Made by a program: the position numbers and the translations under genes. Below are positions 25,471 through 40,504 of a stretch of 64,000 nucleotides of DNA, piece by piece. Origin of the DNA: Octopus vulgaris (Eukaryota); NCBI GenBank assembly GCA_951406725.2, contig OX597825.1, forward strand, positions 41,044,001-41,108,000. The letters are read 5' to 3'. Numbering within the stretch: position 1 is the stretch's first letter; each line of letters opens with the position of its first letter. Under the pieces are notes generated by a model. That model saw only the letters and a program-made list of their open reading frames with translations, was not told the origin of the DNA and did not search any database.

Positions 25471-28400
25471 ACAATGTATGTCATGTTGCAAACTAGGTAT
25501 CTTTCCTACCTAATAATTCAAACAGAAGAATTTTTCCAAGAACTTGTTTTGTATCTGCTTTAGTATAAATAAAGCATTAATGGCTTGACACCATCGTTTA
25601 ACCTGAACTGTAGTATACCAGCCCATGAGGGAAATGTCCTTACCTGGTCCATAATTCAAACACTTGCATTGTTTGATCCATTAACTACAGACCCCTGTAA
25701 TTTTGTTTCCTCAGTGCAACAACGCTCTTTTTCTGTTATTCTATGATGCAATTGTTAAAGGTGTTGTCCAACACCTATTGAGGATATCACCATTAACATT
25801 ATCCATAATCTAATTAGCTGATTAAATAACAGATCCCATCCCCTATCCACCAAGAATGCTTTTATACTAGTCTTAATGTACTTGCAAATATAATTATTAG
25901 ATATTGACACAGATTATCCTTGAAAATAGTCTGTTTCACCTTTGGGAATTAGCTGAAACGTTTGATTATCTACCACAGAGCATTCATTGATTTTAGATGT
26001 AAAACTAGCATAAAAGGGATAGAAAGAGGAAGTAGCTGGAGAAAGGATAGGAAGAAAAGGGAGAGTGTAATAGGGAATATGTGATAGAGAGAGTGGAAGG
26101 GAGAAAGGGATGTAAATGAAAGAGAAAATAATTCTAATTTCAGCATATTGTCAAAAGTTCACTTACTTCAAAGAGGATCAATATGTTTGTGGTGCTTGTA
26201 TTTACCAATAGAGAAATAATAGCTTAACAGCGCAATTAGGTTTGGCAGGTAATTATCACTGAATTCAGGTGAAATGATAGAAGGATGTGGTGAGTGAATT
26301 AAGCGCTTGTTTTGATCTATAAATACGAATCCATTATGAAGCATGACAATAGAGTATGTAAACATTGCAAAGAATGTGTCAACAAATAGAGGGACATCGA
26401 TAAATCTATTCCCATTGCGCTTCTATTCATAGTTGCACATTATCCTTTGCAGTAATTCATGCATTACACTGTAGACTGGCTCTTCTCTATTGTCTTTAAT
26501 TGTCATTGCATACAATGTCATACATGACATCGAGGTAGTTCATACGTGCCACCAAGGTAGTTTCTATGTCATTCAATCTGTTACAATTAGCAACCAAATT
26601 TCCTTGAAGCTAACTTTCTTTATAATAGCTCAGTTAAATGATAGAGGTAGTGATCATGATATTATTCAGGGCATGTAAGGCTGATAACACGAAGAAAGAA
26701 AGTAATCCAGAAATGTTAATCTGAATACTTGCGACAGTGAGTACTCCACTAAAGTACTCCAAGGCCTGGTCTTTGTATTAAACAGGTTGACTTATTTAGT
26801 GTAACAACCAAAAAGAGTAATTGTCCATCTGAATAACTTCCACATAATTACCTTCATGCAAATTACATGAACAAACTTTTGGTTGATTTGACTTACTGAT
26901 AGAAGATATTTGTACAAGGTGCCATGTAGCGAGACTGAACTTGACTACACAGCATAAATTTTTCCATCTAATGGAAACATTGAATAATATAGTCCTAGAT
27001 GCATTGTTAGAAATCAAGTTCAGATGGTCACTGATTGAATGCTTTGATACAATGTTTTGATTGGAGCTGACGTTATGGCTAAAAGGCAACAACTTAAGCT
27101 CATTCAAAATGGGTCTCTGGAGGTTCATGATGATCGTGATGATCAGCATTAGAGAGATGAAAAATAGATCCTCTAGTCATTGACAAGATGCCAAATAATT
27201 TAAACTAGCACGCTATTGCAATTTTTCTAGACATATAAAATATATCATAAAACATTAAATGGAGCGGGAGAGTTATATGTCCTGAACATACACTTAGCAA
27301 AATATATGCATTGTTTGAAAAGAGCCAAGAAACCACAAACCAAGATATCATATATGTGACTGTCAACTCTTTCACTTCATTTTTTACTTTTTGTAATTGG
27401 AAGGAAGCCAGGAATGTAACTTCTACATAGACATACAATTTTTAGCCATAGCAATGAAACCACCACAATTCACACACTAGGTCCTTAAAACTGAATGTCC
27501 ACATTGGACAGTATAGTCTCTGATATACAAGCAGACACAAAGGCCACAGTTAGAATTTTTTTATCATAACTAACCATCTACAGTTATGTAACAACAACTA
27601 CCATTGGTAATTTAGATATGATTTATACCCAGCAAGTTGTACATTCATAACTATGATATTTGTTTCTCTACAAACATATCTTCAACAATCTATATTCCTT
27701 TTCCAGTCAATTATTTTGAAAAATTATCAACATATTGCTTTTACTAATTGCAGAGTTACAAGTGTAAACCTTAGAATTGCAGGGGTCATGTTACATCCAA
27801 GAACAGAACATTAACTTTCTATAAACTTGCTGAAAGATGGATTCCACTATTATTTCACAGATAAAAATTGTGATAACTGAGGGTCTTTCATGTCAAGTCA
27901 AATACTTGTGTGGTATCTGAAAATCCCCAGCAGATGCTGCAATCAGCAATTCCAAGCAATTTTTTAGTTTCATGAAATTAATATATTTTTATGGAACATA
28001 ACACAATGCAAGGCCAATGCCATAATAGAATCTGTCAAATTCTTGATTAATTATACACTAACATATTTTACCAGTTACATAACTTCTCTAAAAATATACT
28101 CAAATGAGTTAAATAATAAACAAAAAACATAGCAAAAATAAAGCCAGAGAGAACATTCAGAATTCTGCTGAACCTTGAAGTGGAATATAAAAAATGTCAT
28201 GTGTAACAAAAAATTAACATGGATTCATTGTGGTTGAATAAACTCAAAGCAACAGTATTTTCGCAATGTCAGCATGATCTACAGCATTCTCTTTGACATA
28301 TAAAATTTTCAATAAATGTCAAAACAACTATGTGTGACAATGTGGAATGTCAGCATACTGGCATTTGTCAAATCTGGTTAAATCTATATAAATATATGTA

Positions 28401-29145
28401 ATACATATGTCATAAAATTAGAAAAAAAATATAATCTTAACAATAAGATTCTTTTAAATGATATCTGTCTATCAAGCAGTAATAAAATGATGATATTGAA
28501 AAATTAAATTAAATTCTATGAATATACACATAAATATATATATCTACATATGTGTGTATAAACATATATATATATATATATTATATACATTTAAATATAA
28601 GTATAAATGCATACGTGTGGTTTGTATGTATACACAAATACATACATGCATATACAGGCATGCATACATATATGCATGCCTGCATGATTGCTGCAACTAG
28701 ATTTTGAGCAATGATATCACTTGATTCTTCTCTTAAAGCAACACAAACGTGGCAACAATAAATGCCTCTTATTGCAGGTGTTCAGAGGGTTACCATCCAT
28801 GCAGGTACATGCCTTCGTTCCATCATGAAAGTTTTCATTGAGTTTTTTTACTTTTTCAGCTGCAACCAGATATGGCATGTGACACATAACAGAGATATTA
28901 AAAATCAAGCAATTCCTGTATATAAAACTTTTAAAGGGTCATTTCCACTTTCTGAACAATGTATGCATTCTCTCAAAAACAAAAACTAATCTATATCATT
29001 AGGTTCAAATGAAATCACAACTGTTGCATAAGATTTTAATCTCCTAGAAAGATGTCTCATCATTGATTAGAGGCCCCTCACTCCCAGCTATTTGATGAGC
29101 CCTGACTCTACAGAGGTCATCTACCCTCTGGCACATGCATAAATA

Positions 29146-29146
29146 A

Positions 29147-29228
<82 letters not shown>
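29146..29228. repeat. (TA)n microsatellite
   Basis: Direct reading. Confidence 0.95.
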
Positions 29229-29234
<6 letters not shown>

Positions 29235-29994
29235 CCATACATGCATATTCATACATACAGATAAATATAGACAGACAGATAGGTATAACAACAAATAATT
29301 CCACACCCACCAAGTTACGCTGGTTCTCACCATGTGCTCATGCTTTGTCATGTGAGTCACTATGAATGAAGGTGCAATATTATGAAAATCACACCTTTGA
29401 TTATGGCACTTGTGTCTCTTCTTTCCAAATATTGTGAAGACATCTTATGAAAAATTGTTTCATATAATTTGGACTTTCACTAAAACCTCAACCTCTGTCA
29501 CGAAAGGGCATCATTTGGTTTCATACACCCAGTGCACTGCAAATTTTGCCCCCATTGTTGTTCTTTGCATACAAAGAAAGCTGTCATGTGACCTTGGCAT
29601 TACACATGTACATACATTTGGTCACTTTTAAGATGGATTCTGTGAGGCAGGCATTTGTTTTCTAATTTGAAAGTGCATTTATGTAGATTTAGGTATGGTT
29701 AAAGTTTAAACGTTCAATTGAGCAATTATATGTACTGTTCATATTGTTACCAAATACATTGTCTATATCATTAAAACTTATTGCAAGTGTAAAATGAAAC
29801 ACAAAATGAAAATTATTTCCTTCATTTTTCTCTTGAAGGCAGAAAAGAATTGGAGCAAAATTTTAAGCACATCTGAATGAGTTTCAATGCAAAAACAAAA
29901 TGATAATAATAATAATAATTATTATTATTATCATTATTATAAAGATAACAACAACAATACTAATAAAGATAATGATAATAATAATAACAGTAAT

Positions 29995-30423
29995 AAATAT
30001 AGTGGAGTCATACCTAATTGGATAACTAGAGGGAGAACAGAAATCCTAACGAAAGACAAAAGCAAGAGCAATATAACTAATAATTAAAGACCAATCACTT
30101 GCTGTTAAAAGAAATGTTCTCAGAAAGCATTTATGACAACCACAATTTACTTCCAGAAGAACAGAAAGGTTGCAGGAAATAGGCTAGAGGAACACATGAT
30201 TTATGGAGACTGTCAGAATGATGTGGACGTCTCTGATGAGAACCCAATAATGTTAATCCTTTTAATATGGGTACAGAAGTGGCTTACCAACCACATGGTT
30301 GTGGGTTCAGTCCCACAGTGTGGCATCTTGGGCAAGTGTCTTCAACTATAGTCTCAGGTCAACGAAAGCCTTGTGAGTGGATTTGGTAGATGGAAACTGA
30401 AAGAAGCCCATCGTATATGCGCA

Positions 30424-30454
<31 letters not shown>

Positions 30455-32310
30455 GTGTGTATGTTTGTGTGTCTGTGTTTGTCCCCCCACGATCACTTGG
30501 CAACTAATGCTGGTGTGTTCACGTCCCTGTAACCTAGTGATTCGGCAAAAAGAGACTGATAGAATAAGTACTAGGCTTACAAAGAGTAAGTCCTGGGGTT
30601 TATTTGTTTAACTAAAGGTGGTTTTCCAGCATGGCCACAGCCAAATGTCTGAAACAAATAAAAGAATAAAAGAATAGAGAAAGCAGTTCTAAAGGAAGTG
30701 AAATCTAGGAAGAAAAGTTTAACAGTAGCTTGGATAAATTATAAACAAGCTGATAGCATGATTTCATAGCCATGGATAAGGGATATTTTTGAGTATATTC
30801 ATCATTGCAGACAACATAAGAGGGTTAATTAGCTTTAGCATGAAGGAATGGAAAGTAGATATTTACTCATGTGATACAACCTTAAGGAAAGTTAACATCA
30901 AGAAAGGAATTTTCAAGGGAGACTCATTATCCCCATTAATATTTGTACTATGTTTAATCCCACTCAATTCCTTATTAAGAAATACAAAGGCGGAGTATCA
31001 GTGTAGAGATAGTAAAGGAAAAATTAGCCACTTGCTCTACATGGATGATTTGATGCTTTTTAATAAAAATAAAAAAGAAATAGATTCCTTAGTACAAACT
31101 GTAAAACTCTTCAGCAGAGATACAGGTATGGGATTTGACATAGAGAGGTATACAATATCAGTCATAAAAAGGTACTCAGTTACCAGATGACCAGACCTTA
31201 AAATCATTGAAAGAGAGGTAAAGTGATAAGTACCTAGGAGTATTAGAATCTGACAGAGTAATAACTATAGAAATGAACGCAAAAGTTGAGAATGAGTACA
31301 ACAAAAGGGTGAGGAAGTTAATGAAGTCAAAGCTAAACGGTTTGAATCTAGTGAAGGCAGTAAATACTTGGGCAGTATCGTTACACAGCTATTCAGCAGC
31401 TTTTGTAGATTATAGAAAATCTGAATTAGCAAATCTAGACAGAACTAAAAAGGAATTCATAATGAATGGAGGACTTTGTCCTAGTGCAGGAGTAGCAAAA
31501 TTGTATTTACCTAGAAAGGAAAGTGGTGGAAGTTTGTAGAGTTAGCTAGAGTAGATATAGCTTCCTATGTAGGTAATAGTGAGAAATATGATTAAGAGTT
31601 GCTAGTTTCACAGTAGAAGATAAAGAAACCAAAAAGCCAAATATAGTTAAACACCAGAGAATAGAAACAAGATTATAAGACTGGCAAGACAAAGAGTTGT
31701 ATGCTACATTTCCAAAGATAATTGCAAAAAATAGTAATAATGGGACATGATTGTGGCTTCAGTAAAGAAGGCTGAAAAGGGAAACACAAGGTTTGTTAGT
31801 AACAGCACAAGATCAAACAATGAGGACTAAATGGACAAAAGCCGAGATATACAAACATCAGGTAGATTTTCAATGTAGGATATGTAAATCAAAGGAAGAA
31901 AGTGTTATTCATATTGTTTGTGTATGCAGTATGTTGGCACGGAAAGGAAGTATGAAAAGCCATGACAACATGGGGAGAATACTCCACAGGGAGTTATGTA
32001 CTAAGCTAGGATTTGACCATTCTGATAAGCAGTATGAACATGAACCTAGTAAAGTGCTAAAAAGTAAGAAATTTAAGATGTGGGATTCTAACATCCGAAC
32101 TGACAGAGTAATAGAAGCTAGACTGCCTGACAAAGAGAATCGAAAAGTACCAAATAACTGAGTTTACAGTCCCAAATGATGAGAAAGTTAATATAAGAGG
32201 TATAGAGAAAATAGCAAAGTACCAGGATCTAGCCATTGAGTAACAGAGGTACATTAAGTAAAATAGGAACTATTCCTAAACATTTGAACAGATAAATAGA
32301 GGAAACAGTC
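29995..32310 (+). mobile_element. R4/Dong-clade LINE (RT, CCHC finger, REL endonuclease), decayed and SINE-interrupted
   Basis: IPNWITRGRT...RPITC, LLPEEQKGCRK, KGIFKGDSLSPLIFVL, HLLYMDDL, AVNTWAVS, LYLPRKESGG, CRICKSKEESVIHIV, WDSNIRTDRVIEARLPD. Preceded by (AAT)n, the known Dong-type target. Confidence 0.92.
30270..30675 (+). mobile_element. tRNA-derived SINE inserted in the R4/Dong LINE
   Basis: CCAACCACATGGTT..GGGTTCAGTCCCAC...AAAGCCTTGTGAGTGGATTTGGTAGATGGAAACTGAAAGAAGCCC...AAAGAATAAAAGAATA. Confidence 0.9.
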
Positions 32311-33510
32311 CTAAAACCTAGTTTTCTCTCCTAGCTATAAATCCATATTGCAACTTTGGGACAATGATGGAGTACATCTGTGTCTGCCGGTGGTATAATA
32401 AAAATCTGGTGAATATCATACCAACTGATATGAGTGAGGAAATACACACAAAAATCACAGTCACAAAAATCAATGACAGAGTGACACACATGTAATCTAC
32501 ACATGCCACATTGGCCTACACATATACAGAAACTAGTTTGGTTGCATTATTTTTTTGTATCATTACAACATCATTCAGATGAAAGGAAGCTCTGTTTTGT
32601 ATCGAAAAAATTAGCATACAAAATATATGCTAATTCCAAAGACTTACTGAATAAATATACGTAAATCTAACTTTTTGATTTAAACGAGCCAATAATCTTA
32701 TCAATATTTACAAATATATTTCAAATGTCTTTATTTTAGTCTTCCAGCCATGACACATAACAATTATTTCAAGTATTCCTCTCTCATTTCTGTAATTTTA
32801 GAGCATATTTACATAATTTTCTGAAACAACTCATTCAGATAACAGAAATCTTTCTGAAATGGAGTTATCTGTAAATATTGAGCATAAAACACAGGAATTA
32901 AATTTGAAAATGGAATTATTAAAAGTAGAAACACAAAAAGAAATATGATTTGTAATAATTTCATGAAAGAAAGAGAAATGAACATTGATCTTCTAGCAGG
33001 CTTGTCTCCTACAAAAATAAATCCAGAACAATCAGCATTCAAACACACACACACACATGCACACATGCATGTGCACATACAGACATGCATACATCTGAAT
33101 TTATGTATGGTTGTCATTCATTGATGAAATTTCAGTCATTCAATCAATCAAATTAGCTGCTCCTGAATTTACACCTAAGCAGTTGTGTATTCCACAATGC
33201 CCTGCATGTATCATTAATGTATTACTCAGAATTTTCAGGACTGACAGTGTGACAATGCTTTATCCAAATTAAAGATATCTCTCCGAATTAAAGTTACATT
33301 ATGCTCGGTGAGTTGAATGTTTTACTCACAAGGTATAGTTTGAAACTGGACCCTCATAGTTGCTAAGTGAACTTTTTAACCATTTGGCCATACTGCACCT
33401 GTGTATAGGAGCTTGTCACGGTTCACAAATCATGACAAGTCACAAGTTAAAATTCCAGTAAACTGGACTTTTGAGAGGCTGTTCAGGTAAAAATGCCTTG
33501 TATCGATTTA

Positions 33511-34806
33511 TGAAGACAGGCTGAAAAGTTCATTGGCTGACTATGAAGGAGTGATACTAGAAGTGTGAAATCTTGCATACATTAATTTCACCTCTCCTTA
33601 TTAATAACTGCTTTGCTTTTCTCCAACTGACATTTGACTGTTCAAAGAAGACTTCAGAACTAACTAGTAATGACTTCTCTTGAAATGGACAAAATTTGGC
33701 ATTGTGATGTTATCAAGTCTCTGCAGATAAAGGGTTTAACTACCAACGACAGTAATGCTGACATGGTTGCCACCTTAAGTGATGACACTTTAGCTGTATC
33801 AGTAGTTCAAATATGGGCAGCTGAATTTAAGAGGGAAGAGAGAATGTTAAAGATGACCCAAGGTCTGAACATCCTGCAACTGCAGCCTCCAAGGAAAACG
33901 TTGATCATGTTCATCACATGCTGATGGATGACAGGTGATTGACAATAAATCAATTAATCAATGCTATTAGCATATCCAATGAGAGAGTTGAGAATATTCT
34001 GTATGTTGAACTTGTTATGACGAAGGTTGCTGCTGACACCTAATCAAAAGTGCATTGGCTAATCACATCATGGGTAAAATCTGACATTGCTTGAGGCAGA
34101 TCCAACTGGTTTCCTTAAATGTTTCCTTACCCAGGATGAGTGTTGAGTTCATCACTTTGAGCTAGAGACAAAGAGACAATCCATGCAGTGGAAACACTCC
34201 TCCCCACCTGCTCCAATGAAGGCCAAGCTCATTTCAGCGGTAGGGAAGGTGATGTTATAAGTTTTCTGGGATGCAAAAGGCATTGTATATATTGACTATC
34301 TCCAAAAGGATTATACTATCACTAGAGAGTACAAAGGGCCACACCATCAATGGAAACACTAGATCAACTTGCTGAGGCAGTTACGAAAGTCTATCAAGAC
34401 AAAACACCCAGGAAAAACTGATGAAAGGTGTCTTGTTTGATGAGGAAAATTCTCCAGCACACAAGTCCTTGCTTTCAATGGCTGCTCTGCATATCTGTGG
34501 GTTTGAACTGGTTGATCAGCCTCTCTGTTATCCTGATTTGGCCCCATCTGACTATCATCTGTTCTCCAGCATGGGAAACCACTTAGTAGGGAACCAGTAT
34601 TGCAGTGATGATGATGTCATGTCTACGGTTGATGACATTTTTGACCAACAGGATGAAAGCTTCTTCACAAATGGGATCGAAGCCCTGCAACACCGATGGA
34701 AGAGGTATGTGGAGTGCAAGGAGGACTGTGGTATAAACTAAACCTTCTTTGGTCCCATTCCATGAGAGTGTTTTGGTCGGTCTACAAACTTTTCAGCTGA
34801 CCCTTG
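33511..34806 (+). mobile_element. Mariner (DD34D) transposon, full-length and decayed
   Basis: About 1.3 kb; TIRs ..GGCTGAAAAGTT / AACTTTTCAGCTGACCCTTG flanked by TA. Reads WAAEFKR, TQDE, VFWDAKGIVYIDYL, DEENSPAH, YPDLAPSDYHLF. Confidence 0.92.
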
Positions 34807-35240
34807 TAATAAAGAGGTTTTGTCACTCTGCTCCATGTAGAGAACATTGTATAATAAAATAACATTTGCACCATGTCTGATAGTTATAGGTAGTGGGGTA
34901 CAGTTGGACAATAGTGAGTGACAAAAACTATATATGTAAAGACCCACTTCAGCCATGAACGATCATAGGATTGCACCCAGAAAGTTATCCACCAAGGAAC
35001 AATTCTGGGCAAGGTTGTTTATGGAAGACCAGCAGTTGCCCATGCATACCAGCATCCCCTCTCCACACCACCGATATTATCCAAGGGAAAAGCAAAGACC
35101 AATACGGCTTGGCAACAGTGACATCACAATTCATTTCTACAGCTGAGTGAACTGGAACAACATGAAATAAAGTGTCCCAGCCTGAAAATCTCAATTTCAT
35201 AATAGTGATCTGAACATTTTAACGCCAGGAATATATATAT

Positions 35241-35272
<32 letters not shown>

Positions 35273-35591
35273 TTTAACGTCCGTTTTCCATGCTAGCATG
35301 GGTTGGAAAATAAGACAAGGTAGAAAATGCTAAAATGTTGTTTTACACTGCTGCTCATAATGCACTTCCTCACATTATATTGTTTTAGCTGTTTTAGCAA
35401 TTATACTACAGTCATTTCAGTTGAAGACTTTGTCAAATGTGAATGTACATATCTTCTGTTGAAAGAGCTACACTGAGATCATACACAACCACACCACATC
35501 ATACACACTGGAGAATGAAGGCAAAGCAAAACAATGTATGAAAACAAGCATGAACAAGGAAATAATAAACACACACACATACACACATATA

Positions 35592-36466
35592 CAGGGTGCG
35601 GTGAATATATTGTCATCTAAATTATGCAAAAATGTAAATAACCCTGACATCTCATTTTAGCAGATATATTTACCAACATTACATAAGAATATCTTGAAAT
35701 ACTAAAGAGTAAATTTATTCAATAAAATCGCCATTGGCTTCAACCATGGCCTCCAGGCGACTTCAGAATCTCCTGCAACTCTTCTGGACAATCACATTGT
35801 TTAAGTTGATGAATGCTGCCTTTGTTCATCTTTGATGTTACAAGAAGTTTTGCTGGTCACTCACTCAACTGCACCCCATTCATAATAATCAAGGGTTTTG
35901 TAGTCTGGAGAGTTAGGTGGTCAGATGTTAGGGATGATGTGGTCGCAGAAATTGTCTGACAGTCATGACTGGGTTCTCCTGTTTGTGTGGCATGGTGCAG
36001 AGTCCTGCTACCAGACATAGCATCCTTCAGCAGTCACCCTCTTAACCCAGGGCAGCACTATCTCTTCCAGGCACTTGATGTAGGCCTCCATAGTGTGTGT
36101 GAGGCCACGTTGAAAGATGAACGAAGGCATAACATCGGCATCACTAGTGATCACCCTAAACACATGATGTTGACTGAATGTTTGATTTTTATCACTCTCA
36201 ATACATGTCCTCAGATTGCACTGTTCTCAGATTGACACTCAAACACTCTGAAATATTTGTACTGGAGCTTCCAGCATGAATGCCAAGCAGCATAGCATAT
36301 TGTTTCCAAATTTCTGGCAGAGTGAATTGTGTGATGGTGCTATTTTTCTCACAGATGGTGCTCAATTAAGCCTTTAATACTGTGTAGTCAACAAGATCAA
36401 AAACAAACAATGTGCATGCGTGATACTGAAAATGGAAAATTGCAATAATTTCCCCATTGTACCCTG
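35592..36466 (-). mobile_element. Second copy of the maT-like Tc1/mariner deletion derivative
   Basis: TA|CAGGGTGCGGTGAATATATTGTCA ... ACCCTG|TA; reverse-complement homolog of 1537-2401. Confidence 0.9.
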
Positions 36467-37260
36467 TACATAGGTATATGCAAAAATGTATGAAAACACT
36501 TCAATATTTGTATACATATATAAGTTCCTACATCAATATCAACTATGACTATTCTATTGCTTGAAGGATCTGCTTCTTGAACTAAACTATGAAATGGATG
36601 AGTATAATGCAGACATATTTAACTTAATTCTGAAATAGAATCAGTATGGCACATTATGTAACAGTGGTAGATCTTTAAGTTACAGGCATAATTTTCCATA
36701 ATTTTCAAGATGTACATTTTTTTTCTGAAAAGCACCTAAGGGTTTGAAGTTGTAGAATTTGTTCCAATTTACAAGATTTATACTTTCTAAGTTATTTAAT
36801 GTGAGCTGAAGTCATTCTGTTTATATTTTATATTTGTCTCCTAATGCTTAACAAAACAACGTTCTAAATTATCCAACAGTTTTTCTACTGCCTTGCTATA
36901 ACTCCATCTCAAACTTGTTGCTCTTTTGTCTTATTGTATTAGAAAATTCATTCTGCTTTCATATCTTATCTTACATGTAACAAAATGCAGTGAATCATTC
37001 ACATTGGACAAGAGAAACTAAAACAGCAAATTGAGTGGAAGTGAGTGACAGAGATGCTAATTGCTGGTGAACTAAATGCTATATTTTGTGAGGATTTGCT
37101 CTGAAATCATCTGTATTTTATCTAAGATGTAACTAGATCTTAAGCACAAACTATGTTTATTTTGTCAATTTTACATACACAAATATAAATGAAATTAAAT
37201 GTTAAACTTTTTTGTTTTCAAAGTACTATAGCTCATGTAACATTTACAAATTTCACATAC

Positions 37261-37264
<4 letters not shown>

Positions 37265-37295
<31 letters not shown>

Positions 37296-37350
37296 TGTAT
37301 GTATGTATGTATGTATGTATGTATGAATGTATCTATGTATGCATGTATGT
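37265..37350. repeat. (TATG)n microsatellite
   Basis: Direct reading. Confidence 0.95.
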
Positions 37351-37629
37351 ATTTATGTATTCTTTTATTTTTATTTTTTCTTGTTAGTCTGTTTTACCAT
37401 GCTTGCCCTTTCTGAAACTAACCCTTCTTCCTTTTTGCCATGTAAAGGATAACATATTCACACACACACATGTGTATTTGTATGCACATGCATAGATGTA
37501 CATATAAATATGTGTATGTATGAGTGTATGTATGTACATATGTGTATATGGCTGTGTGGTATGTCCATGGCTTGAATGAATGAATGAATGTCCATGGCTT
37601 AGTGATTATATAATTAACACTCTTAATAG

Positions 37630-37990
37630 TAAGGTTGTTTCAATACAGAGACCAATCAATACGATGTGTTCTTCAGAAAAACACTCCAATCCATTCAGTT
37701 GTCAAAAATAATCCTACCCACAGAGTCAGGGAAACCAGACTTATTAGCCCATGGCCCAAGAAGGAGATTTCATCATTTATTTTTCTGCCATGTAAGGACA
37801 CACATGCTTTTCTTGGACTATTCTTTTCTTTCTCTCTGGACTTTTCCTCTTTCAAGCAAAGAGCAACACTCAAAATGTCACACCCTCTCTTTTTGTAATC
37901 TTAAACTTTCTCTCAACATCAATCTAATACATTCACTGTCTATGTTCTTTTGACTTTTGTTGCTTTAAATGCTTTTATTTTTGATTTGCC
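37630..37990 (+). mobile_element. Penelope-like 3' end/pLTR fragment (same family as 15860-16100)
   Basis: ACATGCTTTTCT...AAAGAGCAACACTCAAAATGTCACACCCTC...ATTCACTGT..GT.CTTTTGACTTTTGTTG is shared with the minus copy. Confidence 0.6.
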
Positions 37991-38116
37991 TATATATATC
38001 TATATCTCTATATAACATATAGTATTTAATCATATCAAAGGGAAATGGAAATTAATTAAAATTTACATTTCCAGTGGTCTAATGTGTAAAAAAATTTAGT
38101 CAAAAAGACAATATAT

Positions 38117-38559
38117 TAGTCATACGATATAGTGTATATTTAAACACGTAAAGAATCCATTTATAGGGATTCTACACGCTAGAAAGAACAGCTAGGTTCT
38201 ATAACCACAAAAATTAGGGATAAAATTCGACAGGAATAAATTTAGAAATGAAAAACATTTACCATCCAGTTTCCTGGACCAATTGGTTTCTGATCTTATT
38301 TTAGTGAGTCAAGGAAAACTCACTAGGTTTGATCTTCCTCAGCAGTTCCAACCTAGGGTTAAACGTATACACACGGAATATTCAAAACTACTTGTCTTGT
38401 GTTTATATGTCCTAACTTTTTCAAAATTTATTGGTCAGTCGCAGTCCTGCGACTGTGCAGTAAATTTTTGTGGTTATAGAACCTAGCTCTCCTTTCTAGC
38501 ATGTAGAATCCCTATAAGTGGATTCCTTATGTATTTAAATATACACTATATCGTATGAC

Positions 38560-38561
<2 letters not shown>
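38117..38561. mobile_element. MITE/fold-back element with TIRs of about 100 bp
   Basis: 38117-38216 (TAGTCATACGATATAGTGTATATTTAAA...CTAGGTTCTATAACCACAAAAATT) is the reverse complement of 38461-38561; ends abut TA. Confidence 0.88.
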
Positions 38562-38592
<31 letters not shown>

Positions 38593-40504
38593 CACCTTTA
38601 ATGATAGACTCCTGGTTACAGCATGCATAAAAATCTATAGAAGTTTACATTTGGATTAAACCAGCTTCTTTGGAACCTGACTGTGATTAAACAAGAGCAC
38701 AACTATAACATTAGAAATTACTCCAGATTCTGGTAATTCTAAAGATAGATCTAAACAAAAAGGAATAAGAATAACTTTGCTTTGTTAAAGTAAACTAAAA
38801 TATTTATTTTCCACTTATCACATGATCTTGCTGTGAAAAATAAGAAACCTTTCAATTGTTTACACACACACACACGCACATGTGTGTGCATGTGTGTGTA
38901 TCAAATAATTCAAAACCATTTTCAGCTATGTTTTCTAAAGAATGTGATGATTTATGTAATATTTGTGTAATTTAATCAACAGAACAATAAATAGAAATAT
39001 GATTATATCTAATCATATTTTCACACAATAAAACCATATTGAAAGGAAAATCATGTTGCACTAGATACTATCTTTGGGTCTTTCAAAATTGTTTGCTAAA
39101 CTACTTGGCTTATCTTTGGTTTTAACATATGTTTATCATGGCCTACGTCCATTACAGTTTGCTGTATATAGTTGCAATTTCTACTCATACAATTAGATCA
39201 TAGATAATAATTTCTTAGGGAGATAAGTCTTGAAAAGAGAGTTTACTCAATATTGGATCAGTGACAATTATTAATTCTAACATGACAAAGGTGGGTATTG
39301 CAAAGCCAGAATAGCTTTTGTTGAATGAGATATGAAAATGGGATTATTAGATATTTATGACACTTCCTAATGAGAAATATAATTAGATGTCCACTCTTAC
39401 ATACCAGGAGATAATCAGCAATATAAGCATTTCCATAACATATACACATGAACAATTCAGATTCTCTATGTTAGGAAGAGATACGCTGTGATATTAAGAT
39501 TATCTTATCAAGTGCATATAATAGAAGTGTTTAGTTTGGTGAGAGGCTGGGAACAAAAGTTTGTACTATGCTTCAAGAAGATACAACACCATCAAACAAG
39601 TGGTTAAGAAGGTTTCTCTGCAAAATGGGTTTCTGTTTCGATTTTAATGCCCAGAAACTTGGGTAACTGACTTCTGCTGTGTTCTTGAGTTGACCAATAG
39701 CTTGTAAATAAAGCTTAGTAGCAATAAATATACTTAAGGTCTTTCTGCAAAGAGCAGACCAAAACAGGGCCACATTGCCAAGACAATGGATGATAAAAAC
39801 AGTAACACACCCTAACCAACATTATGGTTGAAGAAACATTATGGCAGCTATTATTGTTCCTGATCCAACAAGTCTCATATAAGCTTTGAGGTATCTCAAA
39901 GTGAACATCTTTTCTCTGTCGTTCATAGTAGAAAAAACATTTATTGCATTAAAAACCTCAGCAGAAATTGTGTTCTGAGACCGAATCATAGCACCATTTA
40001 TGCACTCACAAAAACTTATTACTAAATCTATCAATCTATTGTGTGTGTGTGTGTGTGTGTCCCTGTCCATTTTCTCGTAGCTTCTGAAGTTGTTGAGTAT
40101 ATAAGCAGATAGACAGCGTGTTTCTCAAGAATTAGTCAAGTTGATGTAGATGCCTTTGATGAGAATGCCGTAAGATTCAAAAATCAAGAAAGGTTGTTCA
40201 ACATTTTTTTAGTCAATAGAGAAACAGCTAAATTAACCCTGTTTATAAATATGTAGGTCATATATATCAGATAAAAGGATAAAGTTCCTTACCAATTCAT
40301 AGATCCAGTTTCTCAGTTTTCATGGCACATACACTTTCCACTGGATGGGACACCAGTCTGTCACAGGATTACTCATTTTTACCAGCTGAGTAAACTGGAG
40401 CAACATGAAGTGAAGTGTTTTGTTTAAGAACACAATGTGTTGCCAATTCAAGGAACTGAAACCACAAACTTATGATCATGAGTCTATAGCATTGATCTGA
40501 AACC

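Noticed and set aside
28717-28862. Possible terminal exon on minus (AEKVKKLNENFHDGTKACTC...)
   Set aside because: Weak acceptor, no recognisable domain and no partner exons; needs RNA-seq.
30228-30265. CTGATGA motif within the R4 LINE
   Set aside because: No downstream GAAA or stems; truncated by the SINE.
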